This document shows, one piece after another, positions 11,701 through 24,100 of a stretch of 64,000 nt of DNA (within the stretch, counting starts at the first letter, position 1; each line of letters opens with the position of its first letter). This DNA comes from a virus (taxonomy: Duplodnaviria > Caudoviricetes): positions 96,001-160,000 of IMG/VR virus record IMGVR_UViG_3300028805_002025; one strand, 5' to 3'. Both the position numbers and the translations under genes were made by a program. The notes beneath the pieces are model-generated. The model was not told where the DNA came from, did not search any database, and saw only the letters and a list, made by a program, of their open reading frames with translations.

Positions 11701-12015
11701 ACCACCACAGATACCAGACCCACTAGGAGCATTATCATAAATCCTAGTATTACAATAGCACTCTCTATCAGTTTCCAATGTCGTACCATAGCAATGAGAA
11801 TCATACGAGAGATTCCAGTCTGTTGCAGCACTTGGTGCTTTATCCAGTACAATATTCACTGGTATCATACCGTAGTTACTTGGAAACTCATACTCCCTAG
11901 CCTTCAATGAGTCCTCATCGAAGTAGTAAAGAACATTATCCTTGTATGCTGGGAGCACACCAGGAAGTCTTGATGTCATCGGTTCTAACGATATTATTCT
12001 CTGTATAGTTCTCAT
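8800..12015 (-). CDS. large putative virion structural protein
   Basis: 1071 aa, tightly coupled to neighbours; Cys clusters; many S[GA]xT motifs. Confidence 0.6.
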   Translation of the reverse strand: MRTIQRIISLEPMTSRLPGVLPAYKDNVLYYFDEDSLKAREYEFPSNYGMIPVNIVLDKAPSAATDWNLSYDSHCYGTTLETDRECYCNTRIYDNAPSGSGICGGSAISAYEDLGDINHPFVISWEELSDWYKFFTDYYHLLNDWGHCGIVYSSATQYYKAESKHGYAPQLKYGAEEQTYIDMDELFRARGGSAITVICDNTKDICNFDNCSAHTVISEAVDDGFYKWICEHIIPSFVIPNQYKDYWRRDKLFYPDVIKWRGWLEDRSGYGKDGLTIFDCSGSTDCCECEKWFKLGGNDILKQMNTWYEAIQKNIVPSIEKENCAIPTIIMPLSMQVSIDDLGEFSIFSKEYELGIDYRTAEGYGQSENTRHGTVVTMDKEAMILTGGSGFSYDTEYMEMFVSSCSTCGYEGEFTGHCPKCGSNAIIQVDWAKYNPELEQVACSFEEYDYAYREKNSGYTIDIKDTEGKPTYERSGYTQGQIFYYTFDDNDRRVTSSAETGLRQQLAIRYPIEKHDAILIGTSLYDIQKLEYGVYDGKNKYISGRTFFVYREEYTDTPYTIINGKRIYADFYPFSGACSQFYYFPFFKEKTNVDNDSTCSGSTLNPDIYKKFPRTSTTIEDYKEFITYMGTQHVIEEDEEGKPVLSGITINGIDYIRITSGTCIASDDLLYITNVIMVCDEESCHYEVSEDGGIIYHYDEGYVVELNDTEEKYEVDSKAFEVKKKVDDDIDVYLGGILSGTAESKLYDLRSTSLLTDDIGNTIEALYKIGTDTYNHQPPEGSKLEPIYQLGNVANVKRFSMTVEKQQDLMPNTPNYFIGDIITGMKFYYRDNEGNTIVYHEGEDDEISTVVEASTDKTSLEAIEEVQQKREEIEEAIRQASGSTFIFDDDIYCDVTYYIGATLVRNAENEPFKIVTGNNFSSGVCYTETVKFVETEVQYYLKTDVRKQIPMTQNTVSAHTLSYPIVCYVMTQDMTKVESDYNNYYYAALAHLEMPLKTNTNDFELYNGTSVFPVFREEYKMGTACIQNIDTDIYIDRGINAAFEKHLKLGEITSMEALEQYTNGYFKIMNN

Positions 12016-12017
12016 TT

Positions 12018-15000
12018 CTATCTATAGTCTTTGTTAAAGTATCTTCTATCAAATTGTTCGTTGTTTACATTGATAAGTGACTTAGTACCCCTTCCCATCG
12101 TAACGTTCTTTCTCTCAGCGTCGCCTTCTGCTGTTTCATACGCAATCTTGAGTTCAAACAGGTTGAGTACAACCCTTCCATCACCGCTTGCTGGAGGAGT
12201 CACATACCTTTCGTCGAACACATACGCATACTCCTTTTTCTTAAAGTCATACACAGCATACAATGGGATATAGGTCTGTGCATATACCTGTGAAAGTGTG
12301 TAACCACTCTTCATTTCATCAACATCAGTCGTTGCACTTAGCCTCAACATTCTTTCTGGATTAAATATATTCACACCAGCGTTATTATATGTAGCTGTAG
12401 TACCACTCATCCAGTGCATAGGAACTATGAACGGTATCGTTCTACCTATTCCAGCATGGTTGAATTCGACTTTCATATAAATAGGTTTTGGGTGCAATTT
12501 TTCAGAGTATTCTTTGAACATATAGAGATAAAATCCTTCAGATGAAGTGTCAGTCTCATATTTGTTGTTTATAATGAACTTAGAACTTATTCTCCTTGTG
12601 TCACCACTCAGTGTCTCACCAGACAAATCACCAATACTATAATCCTTCTTGGTTTTGGTGTGGGCACTAACATACTCTGTCATTACAGATATCCTGTTTG
12701 TTACATTTCCACTGTAACTCTTACCAGTTTCATTAGGGTGGTTCTCAACCAATCCATAGTCATACACGTTCTTCCTTGAGTTGTCAATATATTTCTTGAA
12801 CAACTTATGTTCATCAATGAATACTGTTGACGTTGCCATCAATGTCTGTGTATTAGGGTCTGGAGAATCATAGTAAGAGAATCTAAGGAATGACTTTCCG
12901 ACCTTATCCCTCTGATAGTAGATATCATCGTTTGTAAAGAACAATAGTCCCATAAGGTCTGATGTGTTCTGTAATACATCGCCACTAGTCGTAGCAGAAT
13001 CCCTCAATATCTCGTTATATGGGAAAAAGTCTGTCACAAACCAGTTATCGGTGTGAGCACAGAATGATTCCCTGTCGTTATATCCATCATTCACCCTCCA
13101 GTTTTCAAGATTCCTTGTTCTGAAGTGAAGGTTAACCTCTATCTCACTTATAGGTAGGAAGTCAGTTGTGCTTCCCTTATATGTAGTACCAGATATGTAC
13201 TTAGGAACATAAACATCCTTCTCCATATCCACAATGTCATTTATAGCCTTCTTCTTCTCAGCCTCGTAGAAGTCCCTGTTAACAAGGTCTTCCTGCATCA
13301 TATTGTTGGCAACATTGATATCGAATTTCAATGGAATGTGTATGTGTCCAGTATCGACATAGAGTACAAGGTTTCTAAACAAGTCATAGTATTCATTTGA
13401 CGTTTCTGGGTTATCCTCACCACTTGAGTATCCAATCTCACTTGTAATCTCACGGACTCCAAATGACTTGTTCTTCACATACAGCAGTGTCGTTGACTGA
13501 TTTGTAACAAAATAGTCACAGATTCCAGCGTTCACTCTCTCCCTAAACTCGTCGTTGAAATCGTACACATTAAAATTAGGTGTACACACAAGAAGCGAAC
13601 TACCCTCTATGGATTTCACTACAAACTGGAATGGTACTTTCTCCTCTATCTGTACGAATGACTCAGCAGAGTTAACTCCGTCACCAGAAAATGCAACACC
13701 ACTGAAAACCTGGTATATATTATCGTTTATCTGTATTCCATCATGCTGTACAATATCGTAAGTTACTGTAACAGCAGCACTTGAACTTGCTGAAATGGTT
13801 TCACCATGTCTTTCAAGCTTAGTTCCACCAGACACTATCTTCATAGGCACTTTCTCACCAACAATATCTACCAATGCGTCTTTTTCATCAACAATGCCGT
13901 TTATGTAGTCAATGGCATACTCATGACCATTGATAAGAGCCTTGTCACACATCCTTTTCACTATCTTGTATTTTTTATTGTCATACAGCACAAATGTCTC
14001 ACCACTCATTGAGTATACACCACTGACATAATCCTCATATTCTTCATTCTCAAGGGTTATTATATCCCCTACTGATATATTGGTAGCGTCGTATGTAAGA
14101 TAGACACCAATCTCATCACCATGATTAGCATTCTGAAGTAAGCTGTTCACTGGAAGGGTGACACCTTCAATCTTTATGTAAGACTCGATGTCTTTCAATA
14201 AACTTATTCTGTCAACAACATCGGTTGTAAGTTCCTTTGACACAATTTCCTCGCCTTCAGTATCATCATAGTACACAGTGAATGCAGAGGTTGTGTAATA
14301 ATCCTCTTCCTGTATATCTTCCTTATAGAGTCTCTCAAGAACGTCGCATACATATGTCTCTCCGCTTATTCTAACAGGACAGTAGTTGTCCTTGTAGAAG
14401 ACGTAGTAGAAATATGTACAGAAGCTTATCCTATCAAACGGTATATTCTTCAATTCCTTCTTTGTAAGGACAAACTTTGTCACATAGATGTAATCTGAAT
14501 CATCCTCGAAGTGATTGTAGTACATCTTATCCTCCTTAGACCTGGTAATGGCTGATGCTGCAAGAGCTTCACCATCCTCATAGTATTTTATACCACCTGG
14601 TGATGAATTTACAGAGGATATGTCGTACCTGTCGAAGAAATATTTGTGACCGTCAATTTCAACAGTCTCATCCTCAATCCACACAACGGTATCCAAATAT
14701 ACGAAATTACCCTCTATTTTCGCTTCTACGTCGCTTTCTACTATGCTGACGGTATAATCCTCACCATTGACACTCCAAGCCTCCTTGAGCCAGTTTTTGA
14801 CCGTTATAGAGGTTGTATTAGCACTGATGTAATAGATAACGCCACCAATCTCCACATACCTGTAGTTTTCGTAGACTTTATCTGTGGCATAGTTTATGGT
14901 GTTACCAGACTGAATGTCGTATGCCTTGTCCTTGATTACAATATAGCCGTTCCTTGTCACATTGTTGCATGAGATATTGAGGGTATCCGCATTTGTATCG

Positions 15001-15161
15001 TTGCCGATTGAGAATGCAATCTGCTCCTTCTTTTCAAGGTGATAGTCCTGGCTTGTCACTCCAGAAACAAATGAAAGGTCTGGGGCAAGATATTTCTCAC
15101 TCCAAACCAATTCATCCCTACGTATGCTCTTGTCATCAAGTTTTATACTGTAAGTTAACAT
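12018..15161 (-). CDS. large putative virion structural protein
   Basis: 1047 aa, overlaps the upstream stop; acidic and Tyr/Val-rich; many S[GA]xT motifs. Confidence 0.6.
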   Translation of the reverse strand: MLTYSIKLDDKSIRRDELVWSEKYLAPDLSFVSGVTSQDYHLEKKEQIAFSIGNDTNADTLNISCNNVTRNGYIVIKDKAYDIQSGNTINYATDKVYENYRYVEIGGVIYYISANTTSITVKNWLKEAWSVNGEDYTVSIVESDVEAKIEGNFVYLDTVVWIEDETVEIDGHKYFFDRYDISSVNSSPGGIKYYEDGEALAASAITRSKEDKMYYNHFEDDSDYIYVTKFVLTKKELKNIPFDRISFCTYFYYVFYKDNYCPVRISGETYVCDVLERLYKEDIQEEDYYTTSAFTVYYDDTEGEEIVSKELTTDVVDRISLLKDIESYIKIEGVTLPVNSLLQNANHGDEIGVYLTYDATNISVGDIITLENEEYEDYVSGVYSMSGETFVLYDNKKYKIVKRMCDKALINGHEYAIDYINGIVDEKDALVDIVGEKVPMKIVSGGTKLERHGETISASSSAAVTVTYDIVQHDGIQINDNIYQVFSGVAFSGDGVNSAESFVQIEEKVPFQFVVKSIEGSSLLVCTPNFNVYDFNDEFRERVNAGICDYFVTNQSTTLLYVKNKSFGVREITSEIGYSSGEDNPETSNEYYDLFRNLVLYVDTGHIHIPLKFDINVANNMMQEDLVNRDFYEAEKKKAINDIVDMEKDVYVPKYISGTTYKGSTTDFLPISEIEVNLHFRTRNLENWRVNDGYNDRESFCAHTDNWFVTDFFPYNEILRDSATTSGDVLQNTSDLMGLLFFTNDDIYYQRDKVGKSFLRFSYYDSPDPNTQTLMATSTVFIDEHKLFKKYIDNSRKNVYDYGLVENHPNETGKSYSGNVTNRISVMTEYVSAHTKTKKDYSIGDLSGETLSGDTRRISSKFIINNKYETDTSSEGFYLYMFKEYSEKLHPKPIYMKVEFNHAGIGRTIPFIVPMHWMSGTTATYNNAGVNIFNPERMLRLSATTDVDEMKSGYTLSQVYAQTYIPLYAVYDFKKKEYAYVFDERYVTPPASGDGRVVLNLFELKIAYETAEGDAERKNVTMGRGTKSLINVNNEQFDRRYFNKDYR

Positions 15162-18100
15162 TCTATTTCCTCTTCTTTGATGTAGTTATTTTCATCCTCT
15201 ATAGGTGGCTCTATTCCTGGAATGTCGTCCTCTGCGTAAAGGTTGTACCAGTTGTTAGGGTCTTGTCTTCTCAGATACAGGTCTATCCTCCTGTTGATGT
15301 AGAAAGCACCGTTGGTGAATGGGTACTCTTCAAGCGTCTTGTCTGACGTGTTAAATCCATTGTTTAATATGTCTCTCCATATGAACCTACAAGTACCGTC
15401 TTTCAGAACCCTTGCATATGAAGGAACGTCCAGGTTGTCAATCTTGAACAACTTGTACCTTACAACATCGTCCTCATCGTATAGTTTATCACCGTCTATG
15501 TCAGTTGCAGGATTTCCGTCCTCATCCGCTATTGTACATGTGTATACCTTAGGGTTGTCACGTGTTCCTCTCACAGTAGTGCAGTAATAGTACTTATTAG
15601 TCACCTTGTCATAAATCATTGACTTGTCACCAGGTGAAATGAAGTGCTTCTCAAGGGTTGTTATCGTCGTTGTATTGTCATTGTTATTCACAAGTGACAT
15701 TATTGATAGGAAGTCTGGCATTATAGTTCTAAGCTTGTCGAAGCTCCTTATAGGTATCTGATAATGAGGGATATAGTAATATCCTTCCTTTTTGTTATTA
15801 CAATTCATGAAAGTGTCATTCTTTATTTTGAATATATTTCCAGTATCGTAATCGTCATACTCTATATCGTCATACAGGAATTCAGCAAACCTATCACTTC
15901 CAGTTTTAGATATGATTGATTCTCTTTGTGCTGTGTTTACCCTGTGAAGTATAGGCTGTATTACCCTCTCAATTGCGTTATAATTATCATAGTAACATAA
16001 GTCTCCATAATAGTTTATATCACTATCGAACCATATCTCCTCACTTCTGATTGGTACTTCTAAACTTCCGTCCCTATATGACCTTGTTCCATTTATGGCT
16101 TCTATGTCATAACCGAAGTCAGTACCCTCAACCAGGTTTATCTTCTTGATGTTATTGTTTCCTGGTTCACACGTACACTGGTCTGACATTTCCAATCCAC
16201 ATGTTATTCTACCGAAGCAATGGGAGTATTCAACAGCACTGCTATTGATATCTATATCCCTGTCATATCCATACCATTCCTTGTATCCCTTGTTGTTTTT
16301 CACTATCGTTACGAATAGTTCTGACAATGGTCTTCCAAGGTTGTCCTTGAGGTAAGATAAATCGATATCATCAGTGAATACTATCTCACCAACTTCATCG
16401 GTGTATATGTTCTTGGCAAAGGCAAGCCTGCTTACATGGCTCTCAAAGTCATACTCTGGTTGCTGGTATATCTGTATGAGGTTTCTAGTATCCTCGTCAC
16501 TTCTCTGCCTATATATCTCATACTCGTTTGAAGTGTCACCACTTGAGTACTTGAAGTTAGGAAGCCTTGAGAATATCCTCACGTAGTAATCACATTCTAT
16601 GTCGTTTACAACCTTCTTGTATGATATATGAAGAGCATCGTCATCAAAGTTGACATATGGTGTATCCGTATCCTCATTTACAATATAATATTTCCTTGTA
16701 TCTGCTGGGTCAGTATGTCTATAGAATTTCCTTGACTCATCCTTAATATATTCAACATTATTAACTGTGATGGTATTACCTTCCTTTTCCTCCTGTGTAA
16801 GCTGAACCCAGTTCCTACTTATTGTTACATCCTGGGTATATACAGTGAATATGAAGTCATCCACAACATTCTCAACCTCAGCATTGTCAAGTATCTTCAC
16901 ATTTATAGGATTACCCTCAGTATCAGCACTAAGCTTGTATATGTTGACGTAATCGCCCTGTGCTAGACCGTGTTTAGCCTTACTGTAAATTACGAGCATC
17001 TGAGTGCCGTTATCATTACGTCTTGTCTCGTCGTAATAGATAGCCTTCAATGACTTATCGAACTCGAATATATCGTCAAATCCTTCAGTTGTAGATGATG
17101 AAGGATATGTGATGCAGTAGTTCCAGTTCTTCTCAATCCTCTGTCTGAAGTGATTGAACTTAGGTACGAATGAATACAAGTCCCTTCCTGGGTACATGTC
17201 AACGAAGTCGCCACCGTTAAGATACATGATAGGTCTCTCTATATATAGGTCGTCACTCTTACTGAAGTTCTTATATGACTTTATCTTTGATGTGTTATAG
17301 AAGCCAAGCCATCCGTTGTAGGTGGAGACAAGTCTTTCCTCTATTGAATTTTTGAAGGTAAGAATATCGTCATACAGATAGGTATGAAGTGTTAAGAACT
17401 TTGTATGTCCATTTACTCCTGCTGTATTAGGGTAATATAGTTTCTCAATGACCCTGTATCCCCTAACGTCCCTCATGTAGTCAGCAATTGTGTTGAAAGC
17501 CTGGTATGCGTTATTTGCATTATAGTCATATGAATCTTCCAGCATCTTACAAACACATTTGAATGTGTTACTTCTTATGAGGTGATTATTAAGGATATCA
17601 AGACCACAATGATACACGAAATGATTATGTTTTTTATCATTTCTTGAAAGCTGTGTGTCCCTTATGGAGTTTGTAGGATGCCAAGGTGTTGTACCAGTCG
17701 TATTCACCAAATCAGAACTTCCAACAGCAGGTTGTGAAGCTATGTGTGCTCCAAGTCCACTAACCTTAGTATGCGGGTCAGTACCAGCTAGAAAATTGTC
17801 TATAGTCTGATAACTCATTGTGTTTCCAGACCAAAAATTGATAGTATTGTTCTTGTATACAACCTGTTCATTATCAAAAACATCTGACTTTCCAGTTATA
17901 CCATAGTTGACAAAGGTCACAGCACTGCTACCCTCATCCTTCACAATCTCACTTATTCTGTTGAAAAGGACATTTGAACAGACAGGGTTTACCTGGCATG
18001 TAAGCCTTATTTTGTTACACGCCCTCCTCTCGTCATTGTACACATCAAATGAACTGATGACCTCAGCCAGGTCGTTCAAGGGTAACAGTTTCCTATTACC

Positions 18101-18184
18101 CCTCAACGGCACGTTCAATTCACTGTCAGTGTTAACAGCACTCTTACTGTTGTATCCTTCAAGAAATATCTTATTCTCTTTCAT
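15155..18184 (-). CDS. large putative virion structural protein
   Basis: 1009 aa in the structural block, 2-nt gap to the upstream gene. Confidence 0.6.
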   Translation of the reverse strand: MKENKIFLEGYNSKSAVNTDSELNVPLRGNRKLLPLNDLAEVISSFDVYNDERRACNKIRLTCQVNPVCSNVLFNRISEIVKDEGSSAVTFVNYGITGKSDVFDNEQVVYKNNTINFWSGNTMSYQTIDNFLAGTDPHTKVSGLGAHIASQPAVGSSDLVNTTGTTPWHPTNSIRDTQLSRNDKKHNHFVYHCGLDILNNHLIRSNTFKCVCKMLEDSYDYNANNAYQAFNTIADYMRDVRGYRVIEKLYYPNTAGVNGHTKFLTLHTYLYDDILTFKNSIEERLVSTYNGWLGFYNTSKIKSYKNFSKSDDLYIERPIMYLNGGDFVDMYPGRDLYSFVPKFNHFRQRIEKNWNYCITYPSSSTTEGFDDIFEFDKSLKAIYYDETRRNDNGTQMLVIYSKAKHGLAQGDYVNIYKLSADTEGNPINVKILDNAEVENVVDDFIFTVYTQDVTISRNWVQLTQEEKEGNTITVNNVEYIKDESRKFYRHTDPADTRKYYIVNEDTDTPYVNFDDDALHISYKKVVNDIECDYYVRIFSRLPNFKYSSGDTSNEYEIYRQRSDEDTRNLIQIYQQPEYDFESHVSRLAFAKNIYTDEVGEIVFTDDIDLSYLKDNLGRPLSELFVTIVKNNKGYKEWYGYDRDIDINSSAVEYSHCFGRITCGLEMSDQCTCEPGNNNIKKINLVEGTDFGYDIEAINGTRSYRDGSLEVPIRSEEIWFDSDINYYGDLCYYDNYNAIERVIQPILHRVNTAQRESIISKTGSDRFAEFLYDDIEYDDYDTGNIFKIKNDTFMNCNNKKEGYYYIPHYQIPIRSFDKLRTIMPDFLSIMSLVNNNDNTTTITTLEKHFISPGDKSMIYDKVTNKYYYCTTVRGTRDNPKVYTCTIADEDGNPATDIDGDKLYDEDDVVRYKLFKIDNLDVPSYARVLKDGTCRFIWRDILNNGFNTSDKTLEEYPFTNGAFYINRRIDLYLRRQDPNNWYNLYAEDDIPGIEPPIEDENNYIKEEEIEC

Positions 18185-18186
18185 AG

Positions 18187-21100
18187 TTACATACTTGCGC
18201 TTGTATTTGCTTTTTCACCATTTTTCATTGTACTTGTCTTAGAAGTGGCATCATAATGCCCTCCACTATCGCCATCACTCTGGTCCATAAAATTGATTGC
18301 AAACGTATCTAGTTTGTATATAAAGCTACTTTGCGTCTTTGCATAAATAGTGCATTTACATTTACCTTTCCATTCGTCATCAGCAAGCACACCCATTCCG
18401 TTAGGCCATCTTACCATAAGGTGAACTTCTACATCAGTACCGTTGGCAGTAGTCCACGAACTAGTTGGCTGGACATCGAACAAATCTTTTTCATTTTCAA
18501 ATCTGAATGTATATCCAATCATTGAATAAGCAGCAAATGATTCTGATTCTCTCTTAGTAGGAGGTTGACCAGTTTCTAGTAACATATCAAATGTAATAAC
18601 CTGGATATGCACCTTGTTTTCACCACTTCCACTCTCAGTACCGCCAGAAGTTTCAACTGTAGTTTCGTACTTGTCTTCTTCTTCATTATATGTTGTCTCG
18701 GCACTAACAACATGTTCTACTGGTACTTTAACCTCTGTTGCTCCTATTACTTTACACTGAATGTATGTTTGAAGATTACTGATTTTCATAAGAACCTTTC
18801 TACTGTCATAGATTTCACCAAATTCTATACTCCTTAGACGACGCTTGAGTTTATCATCATCAATATACTCATATACTCTATCAACAAGTATACAGAACGC
18901 CATAATATTTTTTATGTTTATGTGTTCCCTTTGGAATTTGATATTTTCAAAATCATTACTGTCTGATGTAACCCAATCTTTTATGTTGTTGTTATAATAA
19001 AAAGGAGACGATATATTGTCACTAACTGAATTCTTATAATTCTTTTCGTGATAATCATCAAGGTTAAAACCAGATGGTAAGAATGTATCTTTTCCTCCAG
19101 AAGAGAACAAATCTATGAAGGTGTTACTATCTTTGAAGAACTTATATAGTAAAATGTTATCATCATCAATGATTCCATCAATAGTGCCTCTAGCAGCTAT
19201 TTCACCTGTTGGGGTCACGGTCTTTATGTAAGATATTCCATCATAATCGTTAATATATGGAAGAACCTTAATTACTCTTGGAACACTAGTATACACATCA
19301 AAGTCATCATTTTCCACCATATTGTATCTGAAATACAAATTAGCTTCCGATGCTTCGAACTTTCTGTATTTTTTTCCAGAGATTGTTTCTTCCGTAGTTC
19401 CAGAATATAGTACATTGCAGTAATCATTACTGTCATCATTTGGTGGTAGGAATTCCACTGGTTCTGTGAAGTCATTAAGGAATGACAAACCATCATCGCC
19501 AACAGCCTTACATGTAATTTCTCCGTTTTCCTCTACAACAGGTTTGATGTTGTATGAACAAGGTAATATGTCAAACTCGTAGGTTTCACTAGGAGTTATG
19601 TTACAGATATCTATCATCCTAACAGTAGGGTAATTTCCTTGTCTAGCAACGTTCTCCATGTTGAAATCTCCATTATATCCATTTGGAATAGAAGCGTGTC
19701 TGAAATCCATGTTGGTCTTTGGGTAATTGAATATATATGGAACACTACTAGTAATACTACAAGTAGAAGCTGCCTCAGATAATCTATCCTCATTAAATTG
19801 TGACCAGAAGAAGTTCCTTATATCAAATCCTCCAAAAGATGCAGTGTAATATCTTTTCACTATTTGTTCTTTTCCTGGTTCTGGTGTATCGCCCTCCCAT
19901 ATCATGTTTTGCTCAGTATTGTAATACGTGATAGCATCGCCATCAGTACCCCCACTTGGTATCACATATGAATATTCTAGTCTCTTATTCCTATCTGCTT
20001 TAGTTGCATATCCCTTGGTTATAATAACTTCACTACCTTCTATTGTCTCGGATGATGTTGGGAATGTTGTGTCTGCCGATATGATATTATAGTCCTTGTC
20101 GTAGGACATTTCAATACCATTGTATGTCCATCCACTTATACGTGCGGATTTCCAGATAGTTTCCCTACCATCAGCAATTGTAGCTGGTATTGGATTACCT
20201 TGGTCATCAAGCATAGGATTTCCATCTTTATCAGTCATAATACCTTCCGTTGTTGGATAAAGATTTATTGCCGTACCCATTACTGGTGCAAGTATAAGAA
20301 GGTCAAAATCAAATCTTCTATCAACAAACATTGACCTAAGATATGGCTGATAATTTCCTCTCTTCTCAAATGTATATGCAAAATGACCAAGCCTATTAAC
20401 CTCATCAGTTCCAATTACCTTTTCATTTGCACCCTCTCTAGGAGTTACCTTTGTGTAGTTAGGAATTTTCATTGCCTTTATGGAACTGTCAATAGCCGTA
20501 CTACTTGTATAACCACCATTCTGTGTAAATGCAGCAAAATAGTTACCAAGAACATCACACTCATTATACATGCAGTTAAAGTATGGCTCTTGTGGGTCAC
20601 TTGTATGCCCAGAATAGTTGTTTCCAACTATAAGAGGATAATCATCACGTCCAGTTGCCTTGTTGCTCTCACTTAACACATACCTTGATAAAAAATTTTT
20701 ACCATTATACTGAGGCACTACAGACCTGTACAGTATAGGGTTCACACCTCCACGAGTGGCATATGTGAATGGACTAGTTCCATCCACGACATATCCAGAC
20801 TTGGACAGACTAAACATGGAGTTGAACTTGAACTTCAATATGTTAGCCTTTGACTTATATGAAGTTATAGGTGTTTTCAAATCCACATAATCCAACCATA
20901 CATCAGTATTCCTCAATACTGTTGCAGAATCTGGCATATTGAACCTGTACGTAGTTTCCTGGTGTAGTCCATACCATCCAATAAGCCCAGAACCACGAGG
21001 TGTCCTCACAACTTCTGAACGATAGAAATTACTCTGGTTTGCTATTGTCGCAGCACTACTATCGCTAACACTACCAAGCATGAACTTAACTGGCATGCCA

Positions 21101-24100
21101 CTAAGATATGCATTAAAGTTCTCACCATTGTTAACAGCAACAATCTCAGATGACGTGTTACCAGACAACTCCATGTTGTCACATATCTGAGTTATTGTTA
21201 ATGTAAAATTATTTGGTTGGTATACGAAAAATGTATTAGGATTCTTTGTTCCTTTATCATCTGCAAACCAGTATGTAGTAGGAGGGTCTGATGACGCAGC
21301 CTCTTCTATATAAACACCACCAGCAGCTCTCTGTGCTGTTGTTGCTGAATTTGTTTTATCACACAAACATTCCTTAACGAATCCAGGTCCTGGTGACTCT
21401 GAAACACCAAGCTTAATGACAGCGTATGCCGTAAGCTTGTTGTTTCCCTCTTCATCGCCACTGACATCATCAGTTTGACCAGTAAGCCATACTATGTACG
21501 AGTCACTTGTTCTGTCATAACCCTGTGCAAGCGAATCAGTTATGTAATACATGTATCCATCAACAACAAAGTCCGTTATCTTCAACTTTCCATAGAATTG
21601 TGTTTCATCAGTACAGATGTAGTCAATCCTGGTCGTTGCTGTTGAATAGAACCTCGTACCAAGCTGATGGGCCTCGTAATCAACTGCAATCTTAGGTATT
21701 GATAACTCAATCTTCTCACTAATGTGTCTTCCGTTAACATCAGTTACTGTTAATGTATAGGTCTGATTTGTAAGACCACTACTATCATCGCTTCCATTAC
21801 CATACATGTTATGAACAGGCGTTCCAGAATTACTTCCAACCTGGTAATATACCATACCCTCTGGGTTTGACTTAACATTACCATTATCATCGATATATCC
21901 ACCAATGATAAACCTACTTTCAGTCATACCAGTTTCTGAAATAACTTCCATTCCTGCTTCATCAAATAATGAGTACGAATATGGCATCTGAATATCATCA
22001 AGTACAACGTCTATGTATGCATATCCATCATAATTGGCGACATTCCCACCAGCATATGTTGAAGGACAATATGACCTACCCCTTGTTGAATAATCAAAGG
22101 TAAATGGCTTCTTATCATTTTGGAAACAAGGAGCATAGAACAATTTGTTGAACTTGTCAATAGCAGTACTACCCTTGTTTATACCGAAGTAGAAGAAGAA
22201 TGAGTTATTGTATAAAGGCATTTTGTAAACCCTGTCATTTTTCTTCGTAAAGTAGAAATGTCTTATTCTACGTTCCTCATTCTTGTCATACGTTAATCCG
22301 CTTTCAGCACCAAGTCTGAATGTCAGATATGCCTCATCTGTTTCATCAAATGATGCCTGGTTGAAATCGTAGCTGTAGTTCTCCATAATTGGACTCATTC
22401 TACCGTCGAAATCCACAGGGTATATATACTTGAACTTAGGTATAAGATAACCAGTGTGTTCATCCTGTACCTGCGTCGCATATGCACCTATCTTATCCTG
22501 GTAATCCTGCGGTATGAAGCCTATATGATTAAGCGTTGCGAACATTGCACGGGTTTCCATATCATCAAGTTCATACTTGGTGATAAATCCATCCGTGCTT
22601 ATCTTTCCATATTTAACATCGTTTCCTCCATTTGAATAAGCCATATTATGAGTCATATCAAGACCAACGCCAAGCTCACTAAGTCTCTCTACATTGATAC
22701 AAGACTTAGCCTTGGTATCAGCATATGTACATGACAAGTCCATGAATAAGCCCTCGCCATATAAAGGAGTCTGGCTAGCACCACTAGCACCCCAATCCAT
22801 ACCAGTTGTTATAACTGTACCAACATCAGTTGCATCATCTGTATCATTGCTAGGTGTCTTGTCGTCCTTATTGGTTGTATCCTCTTGCACTGTAGCAATG
22901 AGAGGTATGTTTGCCGTTGTTGATGGAAGGCCTTTATACAACTGAGGAATACCGTAGTAGTTATCCTCATTCAAGTTACCAAGCAGTATGATATCCGTAG
23001 CATACAGTCTTACCATGTAGAAGCGGTTAAACCTCTGCTTGATTGGCATCACATGCTCTCTCTTATCACTTGTATTTGCATGGAATGCTGTATAGTAATA
23101 AGCTGTAAGACCATCTTTATTCTCCACACCCTTTATAAGACCGTTTGTGAACCATATCCTAGATGTTCTTCTCTTATGCCATCTGTTCTCGTCGTAATCA
23201 ACGGAATCATCAGTGGTTTGTAAACTATTACCATCATACTCTATTTCACATGTAACGAATGTCTTCTGTCTGGTGTAATCCTTATCACAGTCACAGAACT
23301 CATTCTTTGCCCTTCTTACAAATAATCCGAACAGGAATGACTTCTTCTTTCTCTTTCTCCAGTACCACAAAGGCATATACAATACACCGTTAATCCAATC
23401 CTGGTAGAAGTCAAGCTTTACAATCTTAAAGTCACGGGCAAGATTTCTTTCAATTCTGTCCTTCAACTCCTTAGCATCATATCCACCCTTCTTAACACAG
23501 TCGTCTTCCATATCCTCTGGACAATCTGCTTCATTAAGTCCATTGCTACACCAACATCCTGGGAAGTAAGCTATGTTACCTTCCTCAAGACCCGCTGACA
23601 ATGCAATACAGCCTATTGGGTCTGGTATCCATCCAAAAAGGGCTTTGAATGGTCTAATACCAAAAATTTTTACATTTTTAATCTTCTGGAAGAACCCAAG
23701 AATAATATTAACACCACATATGAGTGTATTAATAACAGTAACAATCAATATGATGATTCTGAATATGATACACACCACAATATACATGAATGGGAGGTCG
23801 ATACGAAGTTTGTTGAATGGAACAGGATTCTGGTCTTCAACAAGGTTAGCTCCCTTCAATGCAGAGTAGTTAGGTGCATATGCCCTGTGAGCAACCTGTG
23901 TCTTAGGTATGAAATTCTTAACACTGTAAACATTATTCCAATAAAGGTCACGGAAACAGCTTTGAGGGGTATTAGAACCGAAGTTATACATCTTCTCCAT
24001 TTCCTCTCCTGTCTCCTCCTGCGTCATTGGAATCTCTGGATTCTTGGCTTTACTACCACCCTTCGCAGGTCCTTCATACAGTACAGGATTCATTGGAACA

